Below are positions 60,201 through 64,000 of a stretch of 64,000 bases of DNA, one piece after another (the first letter of the stretch is position 1; each line of letters opens with the position of its first letter). The DNA is from Octopus sinensis. Its lineage: Eukaryota. The position numbers and the translations under genes are program-made. The notes beneath the pieces were generated by a model, which had not been told where the DNA came from, searched no databases, and was given only the letters and a program-made list of their open reading frames with translations. The DNA is taken from the NCBI RefSeq assembly GCF_006345805.1, contig NC_042998.1:125364001-125428000 (forward strand), written 5' to 3'.

Positions 60201-61654
60201 ACATTTTCCCAGGGACACAGTGAGAAATGTATGCACCAGGTTCCAAAGCCATTCTTGATATCATGGTGGAAGTTGAGAGAAGCTACTTTGAGTAAACCCT
60301 TATCTTCTTTCAGCCATAACCTAGTTGATGTGTTCCAATTTTTTAAAAGTTTTATTTTTGGATGGAATTTTGTATTTTTTCCTTTTATTCAAAGTGTCAA
60401 ATTTAACCCAAACACCTGTAAGTTCCTCACAAGACATATCTCCTTTTTTTTATTTTTCCAATGTCAAGTTCACACCAGTACAGTTTATTTTAATTGTTAA
60501 AGGTTTTGAAAAAAGTATGAACATCAGTTTCATTCTCATTTCCCTATAAATTCGTAGTTTTTATGTAAGAACTTTAAAACCCTTTCAGCAGAAACAATAT
60601 TCATCTTCATCAACAATTCAGGCTAATGAGAGACTCCTACATGGTCACTTGACTCAAAATAGCATCCAATTTTCCTTTAATGAACTCCCTAGAGAATTTT
60701 AATATAGGTACTACATGTTCATAAATCAACATAGGTCAGAATGCAAACAGATTTGTTGGTTAGAAACACTAACCCGGTGAAAGATTCAGGGCTAAAATAA
60801 GTGTTTCTGTTTTTGATAAGTAATGAGAGGAGAGCAATGCTCCTCATCTTTGAAAGCCTTCTGTGGTCAGTGAAATCGATGTTGTTTTTCAATAACTGAA
60901 AAAGTCCACAGCAGTAAGTGGCAACTTATCTAATTCAGTGAATTCAGGGCAAGAGTAACAGAGAATCAAGTAGGTAATTCAGTATCAGGTGTATGTTAAA
61001 ATCATCAGACGCCTGTCATAGTTGTGTACCATTTTCACCAACATTATACAAGTGGCATACTGAAAAGTGTTCTGCATATAGAAAGGCCAAGCAAGCTTCA
61101 TTCTTGCCTAAGGTTTACTGCAAATGTCTATGTATCAACAACAGGTATTTGGAAAAAAATGCAATTATTTAGAATACAACATATATACGACACGATGTCT
61201 GCGGGGAAATGTGATATTTGGGCGTTGAAGCGTACTAAAGAAACTCAAGGAATGGAGAGCGGTACCAAATCAGACACCGTGTCAGGTCACCAACCCAGCT
61301 GAACGGAATTACAATGATTCTCTAAATGGGTACTTGATATGCTAGAAACAGCAGGTAAATCTCCTTCAAATTATATCCTACCGTTTCAGAAAAATGAAAG
61401 GACTTGATGGATAATGTACTTCTGGCTATGTTGGAGGTAAAAGACGGAGTAATCACATCTGGAATGCTTTTGATCGCAGAACAACAACAAAACAATCATT
61501 GACAAGAACAAGAGCTGAACACAATAGCTTACCAGAAGCCCGTACTTCGCCAGAAATGTTTCAAAGGTCCACCGGAATTCCGTGAATCGATTCTAACAAA
61601 GCGTGTTCCAAAGACATGAGGCCAGATAAAACATAAAATATAACACAGCCGCAT
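28158..61654 (-). CDS. IDUA: Alpha-L-iduronidase (GH39), 15 coding exons, complement(join(28158..28258,30473..30582,33661..33737,39018..39143,40826..40947,41562..41695,43719..43788,45521..45773,49287..49365,51929..52029,52828..53042,53698..53793,56357..56541,59213..59356,61533..61654)), 644 aa
   Basis: Exons sum to 1935 nt, stay in frame and are all GT-AG. Signal-peptide-like N-terminus; motifs [36 protein letters not shown] (acid/base E), [11 protein letters not shown] (nucleophile E), [24 protein letters not shown] and C-terminal YRVRAVDYW. Confidence 0.96.
28517..29335 (-). mobile_element. RTE-clade LINE 3' fragment with (ATG)n tail
   Basis: [28 protein letters not shown], a 3' UTR, and (CAT)n at 28517-28530. 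Confidence 0.85.
30473..30582 (-). CDS. IDUA: IDUA exon 14 ([10 protein letters not shown]...NSFMFVPS)
   Basis: 110 nt, TTTTAG acceptor, GTAAGT donor. Confidence 0.93.
31075..32700 (-). mobile_element. Penelope-like element (PLE), degenerate RT, cut off before the GIY-YIG domain
   Basis: [65 protein letters not shown] and CLPYVKGLS are PLE-type RT motifs; several stops and frameshifts. Confidence 0.9.
32781..32824 (+). ncRNA. Decayed canonical hammerhead-like motif near the 5' end of the PLE
   Basis: gacac CTGATGA a agctg gaggatatat aagcc GAAAC gtgtt. The core is intact, but stem II is mismatched and the cleavage triplet appears deleted. Confidence 0.5.
32920..33423 (+). mobile_element. RTE 3'-UTR fragment with (GAT)n tail
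   Basis: Degenerate ~60-bp units, GTTAGGAAGGGCATCTAGC block, and CATGGAAAACGGACGTTAAATGA(GAT)n end. Confidence 0.8.
33661..33737 (-). CDS. IDUA: IDUA exon 13 ([25 protein letters not shown])
   Basis: 77 nt, TTTACAG acceptor, GTAAGT donor. Confidence 0.93.
33938..37720 (-). mobile_element. RTE-clade LINE, young 5'-truncated copy (partial APE endonuclease, RT, 3' UTR, (ATG)n tail) in IDUA intron 12
   Basis: ORF pieces 37093-37557 ([23 protein letters not shown]), 35660-37120 ([35 protein letters not shown]) and 35127-35591. Only about two frameshifts and one premature stop. Confidence 0.95.
34105..34860. repeat. ~61-bp tandem array (~12 units, alternating A/B variants) in the RTE 3' UTR
   Basis: Recurrent core CACGAACGGA(T/C)GGTGCTTTTACGTG. 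A units read ...GCCACCGACACGGGGCCAGACAGAGCTGGCAAACGGC; B units read ...TCACC..CACGGGGGCCAGCCGAGGCTGGCAACGAA. Confidence 0.95.
38387..38772. repeat. Long palindrome: 185-bp arms (38387-38571 and 38588-38772), 16-nt spacer
   Basis: Manual alignment gives 173/185 identical positions and no indels. Confidence 0.95.
39018..39143 (-). CDS. IDUA: IDUA exon 12 (GPNVIDK...[16 protein letters not shown])
   Basis: 126 nt, TTTACAG acceptor, GTAAC donor. Confidence 0.93.
40826..40947 (-). CDS. IDUA: IDUA exon 11 ([40 protein letters not shown])
   Basis: 122 nt; W..MG.P.YPT.EQF motif. Confidence 0.93.
41562..41695 (-). CDS. IDUA: IDUA exon 10 ([12 protein letters not shown]...PPVSQSR)
   Basis: TTAG acceptor, GTAAGA donor, 134 nt. 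Confidence 0.87.
43133..43548 (+). mobile_element. Solo LTR (416 bp) in IDUA intron 9
   Basis: TGTA...TACA termini, perfect 4-bp TSD ATGT (43129-43132 and 43549-43552), AATAAA at 43445, CpG-rich. Confidence 0.85.
43719..43788 (-). CDS. IDUA: IDUA exon 9 ([22 protein letters not shown])
   Basis: TTTTTTCCAG acceptor, GTGAGG donor, 70 nt; phases fit both neighbours. Confidence 0.87.
44277..44321 (-). ncRNA. Minimal type I hammerhead ribozyme-like motif, U3-A8 core variant
   Basis: Minus strand reads guuacag UUGAAAA gguc ucaaaa gacc GAA A ccgg U A cugaaau: stems I and II, palindromic stem III ACCGGU, GUA cleavage triplet. Folded by eye only. Confidence 0.72.
45521..45773 (-). CDS. IDUA: IDUA exon 8 (VIALHQQ...[11 protein letters not shown]...KHHVY)
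   Basis: 253 nt. The phase-1 GTATGT donor at 45515-45520 is the one that fits the next exon. Confidence 0.9.
45857..46448. mobile_element. hAT-like MITE carrying an internal insertion and a 140-bp-period duplication
   Basis: TIRs CAGTGTTTCTCAAC / GTTGAGAAACACTG; 8-bp TSD GATTAATA/AATTAATA (7/8 match). Confidence 0.8.
46087..46137 (-). ncRNA. Minimal type I hammerhead ribozyme-like motif, G3-C8 core variant
   Basis: Minus strand reads uuuguca GUGAACA g gucgc aguuucaaa gugac GAA A auau U U ugacaaa: 7-bp stem I, 5-bp stem II, palindromic stem III AAUAUU. Folded by eye only. Confidence 0.65.
47086..48195 (+). mobile_element. RTE-clade LINE 3' fragment
   Basis: [18 protein letters not shown] and a 3' UTR with several degenerate ~60-bp units; ends against (TA)n. 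Confidence 0.88.
48612..48886. repeat. 122-bp direct repeat with 153-bp period
   Basis: GAAGTCCATACAGATAATATT...AACTTAACTTAACTAATAAT at 48612-48733 and 48765-48886. Confidence 0.9.
49287..49365 (-). CDS. IDUA: IDUA exon 7 ([26 protein letters not shown])
   Basis: 79 nt; first full codon is the nucleophile Glu; GTAAGT donor. Confidence 0.94.
49385..49672. repeat. Compound (TA)n/(TG)n/(TACA)n microsatellite; a similar tract at 49180-49270 lies on the other side of IDUA exon 7
   Basis: Read directly; it explains the YI-repeat ORFs in the track. Confidence 0.95.
50340..50600 (+). mobile_element. Old LINE 3'-end remnant (CR1/L2/Jockey-group-like); related piece at ~42170-42330
   Basis: Broken translation [10 protein letters not shown]...NHY..SFLPKT...LPAYVF..V(D/E)LQ.FK, shared between the two loci. 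Confidence 0.55.
51929..52029 (-). CDS. IDUA: IDUA exon 6 ([12 protein letters not shown]...KPFYN)
   Basis: AAG acceptor, GTGAGT donor, 101 nt. Confidence 0.9.
52484..52667. repeat. (CT)n-(CCCT)n-(CT)n pure polypyrimidine/polypurine tract
   Basis: Read directly; it explains the RE-repeat ORFs in the track. Confidence 0.97.
52828..53042 (-). CDS. IDUA: IDUA exon 5 ([12 protein letters not shown]...IDFISWHLK)
   Basis: TCTTTCAG acceptor, GTATTT donor, 215 nt. Confidence 0.94.
53130..53570 (+). mobile_element. Second tRNA-derived SINE family (CORE-like CCTTGGACAAGT), internal (TA)n(TG)n and AAAAGAG tail
   Basis: Head GGAGTGGCTGTGTGGTAAG, body AAAGCCTTGTGAGTGGATTTGGTAGA, tail GTAAAAGAGTAAAAGAG. 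A relative is split into ~33795-33925 and ~37790-38010. Confidence 0.82.
53698..53793 (-). CDS. IDUA: IDUA exon 4 ([24 protein letters not shown]...)
   Basis: 96 nt; contains the acid/base Glu in WNEP. Confidence 0.94.
54715..55281 (-). mobile_element. Solo LTR (567 bp) inserted into an RTE 3'-end fragment in IDUA intron 3
   Basis: TGTA...TACA termini, TATAAAA followed by AATAAA on the minus strand, imperfect 4-bp TSD AGCA/AACA. RTE 3' UTR sequence resumes on both sides. Confidence 0.72.
56080..56193. repeat. 28-bp minisatellite x4 with alternating G/A variant
   Basis: GATTTTTGACTA(G/A)CAATCATCCTTAGGT in A-B-A-B order. Confidence 0.95.
56357..56541 (-). CDS. IDUA: IDUA exon 3 ([12 protein letters not shown]...PGFELMGS...AERYI)
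   Basis: TTTTTTCAG acceptor, GTAAGT donor, 185 nt. Confidence 0.94.
57278..58516 (+). mobile_element. Mariner (Tc1/mariner, DD34D-type) DNA transposon, full length but inactivated
   Basis: TIRs CGAGGGGTGTTCATTAAAGATTTC and GAAATCTTTAATGAACACATCTTA, with TA flanks. Motifs [46 protein letters not shown]; frameshifted. Confidence 0.93.
59213..59356 (-). CDS. IDUA: IDUA exon 2 (PSKPHAK...[13 protein letters not shown])
   Basis: CAG acceptor, GTGAGT donor, 144 nt. Confidence 0.94.
61533..61654 (-). CDS. IDUA: IDUA exon 1 ([16 protein letters not shown]...HFWRSTGFC)
   Basis: ATG at 61654, donor GTAAGC, phase 2. Confidence 0.92.
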
Positions 61655-62559
61655 TTTTATCTCTGCCGACTGACAATACTGTCTCACATCCGAGCCAAAG
61701 AGAGTGCCTCTGAGTGGCCGCTAAATCGGCGAAATATTAGCCAAATTTCCCTCGCATTGCACCTCAATCTGTTTTAAAGAAAGGAAGAACCCGGTAGATA
61801 GAATTTGATTTTAAAACATAAGACAGGACAATCACGAACGAAATGTCTTTGATCATAAATTCGCTCGATCAGGAGTGCTGTGGAGTTAAACAATAAAAAC
61901 AAATATATCACAGGCTTGATTTTCTATTCTGTCAATAAAACCTATCAACAGAACTCTTCCTAGTACAAGAAAGGAAAACAATAACAAAACGAATGTTACC
62001 AAAACAATCACCGTTTAATGATGGTAAAAGTTACATACCCTTAACATTGTATTGGTGTAGAGTTGTAAACCCTTAATTAGCTTAAAGGGAACTAATTATA
62101 GAATTAACTCCCTTCAAGTAAATAACTTAATTTTTTAGCAAGTCAATGGAAAAGCTGTTTTTATGTTATTTTGACAAGGTTTTTAACTCGAAAATATAAG
62201 ATAGTTTCATACTTTTATTTTATTTCTGTACACAAGGGAAAGAAAAACACCACCACTGCTAGTTGAAATTGCTTAGATACAGATTAGCCATACGATCAAA
62301 AACGTTCAAGCTATGACCATCCTATATTTTTTCGGGATATATAGGGCTACATTATCCAATGTGTCCCTTTCTTATTTAAGAACGTACGATGTTATCTGAG
62401 GGAGTTTTGGCTGTTATTTCTAGCAGATCAAGTGACTACATAGAGACCATCTGTTGATTACTATATATGTTGTGGAAGTCAGACAAATATGCATCTATTT
62501 AGATATTTTATATTATGAACTCTTTCAGAAAGGCTGTTCCAGTCCAGCTACATTAATAT

Positions 62560-63800
62560 AGTTGCAGCTGTCTTTCAAAGGTAGGCTGCATCCTCTGCCT
62601 CAACTTCACCTATTTCCAGGACAGCTACAAGCACAACACCAACCAACATTCTTCTTTGATGTAGGAACATACAATTTTCCTCTCTCCTTATCCTATTTTC
62701 TCACTCTCTCCAAGATGCCCATCATTATTCCAGCTGTCTGCTCTCTAACTTTCTCTCTCCGGTTCAAGTAGCTACTTGCAATTTGGAGCTATCAAACAAT
62801 TCAGCAAGGAGCCAACTAATCGCCCACAGATCAAAAACAGTGCACAACAAATGAGATCATCCTTCAAGTCTGGGGTCTCATTTCCTCTCCAAAACACCAG
62901 CTCACTTGACATGCTTTTCCTCAGCTCCAATCCCAACACACTTCCCACTATAGCTTCTGGTAGTTTCACAGCCAACCCAAATCTCTTTGGATGACCCACA
63001 ACCTCTGCTGCCCTCAACACAGTCTTGTCCATTGTCATGTCATATATGTAGGATTTAGTGGATATTTTCACTCTGACTACCTTCCTCAGTATCATCTTGG
63101 GGACTGTTGCCATGATCTTTGACACAGAGTTCAGTCGCAAAAATTCATCTCTAGCTGAACTTCATTCTTTGTTGGTTTGAACAACCATCATTTGTGGCAG
63201 CACCGAACTTCCACTTCTTCCCCACAAAGACATTAAAATACCTTCCCTAACACATCTCTCCACTTCCCTTTCATACTTATCTCTAACCCACACTCCTAGA
63301 GACCTTGTAGCAACTTACTTGATTCTTCGGCATTTAAAAATTTTTTTTATGGAGATTCAACCTTCCAGAACCATTTGATTGCCTGTCACATGCTATCAAA
63401 TACTATATAGAAATCCTTGTCTTCAATCTTACAAAGAATGTCCAACACTTCCTGACTCACTGTGATAATTCCAGTTCTTGCTCTTCTGCTGCACTCACCA
63501 CACATTGTGCCCTTTCAAATTTTACCCTTCCTTCATTAATCCTAACCTTTCCCAGCATGTTGATTACATTCATCCCCATCACTACACCCATCCCTTCAAC
63601 AATGTGGTCTGCTGCAATCACCTAGAGCACCAACCACATTCCATATACTGTCAACTCCACAGAGCTGGTATACTCTTTCAACAAACTCCTGTAACTCAGC
63701 TATTCACCAGCATAGAAGTCACTAGGGTTTCCACTCTCCTGTGTTGGTGCACAATATTGACTCCATACAGCTAACACATTAAAACCAGAGTTGGGCCTTG
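62560..63800 (-). mobile_element. Degenerate LTR-retrotransposon pol fragment (protease-like region and RT)
   Basis: VVMGMNVINMLGKV (retropepsin-like), IEDKDFYIVFD..KWFWK, LNSVSKIM, SYIYD (YIDD-derived), KRFGLAVKLPE, ELVFWRGNE; multiple stops. May continue to the window edge. Confidence 0.7.
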
Positions 63801-64000
63801 ACTTTCAGATCCTTTGGTCATCTGTTGAAATAGGTCTATCTATAAACATATCTGTACAGACATTAACTGAAATAGCTGACATATAGTGTGCATTTCTGGC
63901 TTGTAACTACCTTTGTAGGATTCTCTACATCTAGCTTCAAGACCAACTGAAGAGGGGTAATTTCCACCCTTCCAGAGTAGAAGACTACCAGTTATCACAT

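Overview
AT-rich, repeat-dense eukaryotic genomic DNA. The SINE, RTE and microsatellite content looks like an octopus/coleoid cephalopod; this is an inference from recalled repeat families, not a search result. I assembled three protein-coding genes by hand, with GT-AG boundaries and consistent exon phases. (1) TTC1, minus strand, 5 coding exons, 4110-15407, 305 aa. (2) A Rab escort protein (REP/CHM family), plus strand, single-exon CDS 22059-24176, 705 aa, head-to-head with TTC1. (3) Alpha-L-iduronidase (IDUA, GH39), minus strand, 15 coding exons, 28158-61654, 644 aa, with both catalytic glutamates intact. Introns and intergenic DNA hold RTE-clade LINEs (one young 3.8-kb copy with a ~61-bp tandem array in its 3' UTR), a decayed Penelope-like element, a decayed mariner, two Ty3/Gypsy-like remnants, two solo LTRs, hAT-like MITEs, tRNA-derived SINEs and microsatellites. 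The most unusual signals are: two minimal hammerhead-ribozyme folds with compensatory non-canonical cores (U3-A8 and G3-C8), sense-oriented on either side of IDUA exon 8, plus a decayed canonical one; a 185-bp-arm palindrome whose 12 mismatches are all transitions; a TSD-flanked templated copy of local DNA inserted into a TTC1 intron; and the intronless REP CDS. Most short ORFs in the supplied track are repeat or low-complexity artefacts. Repeat boundaries are approximate.
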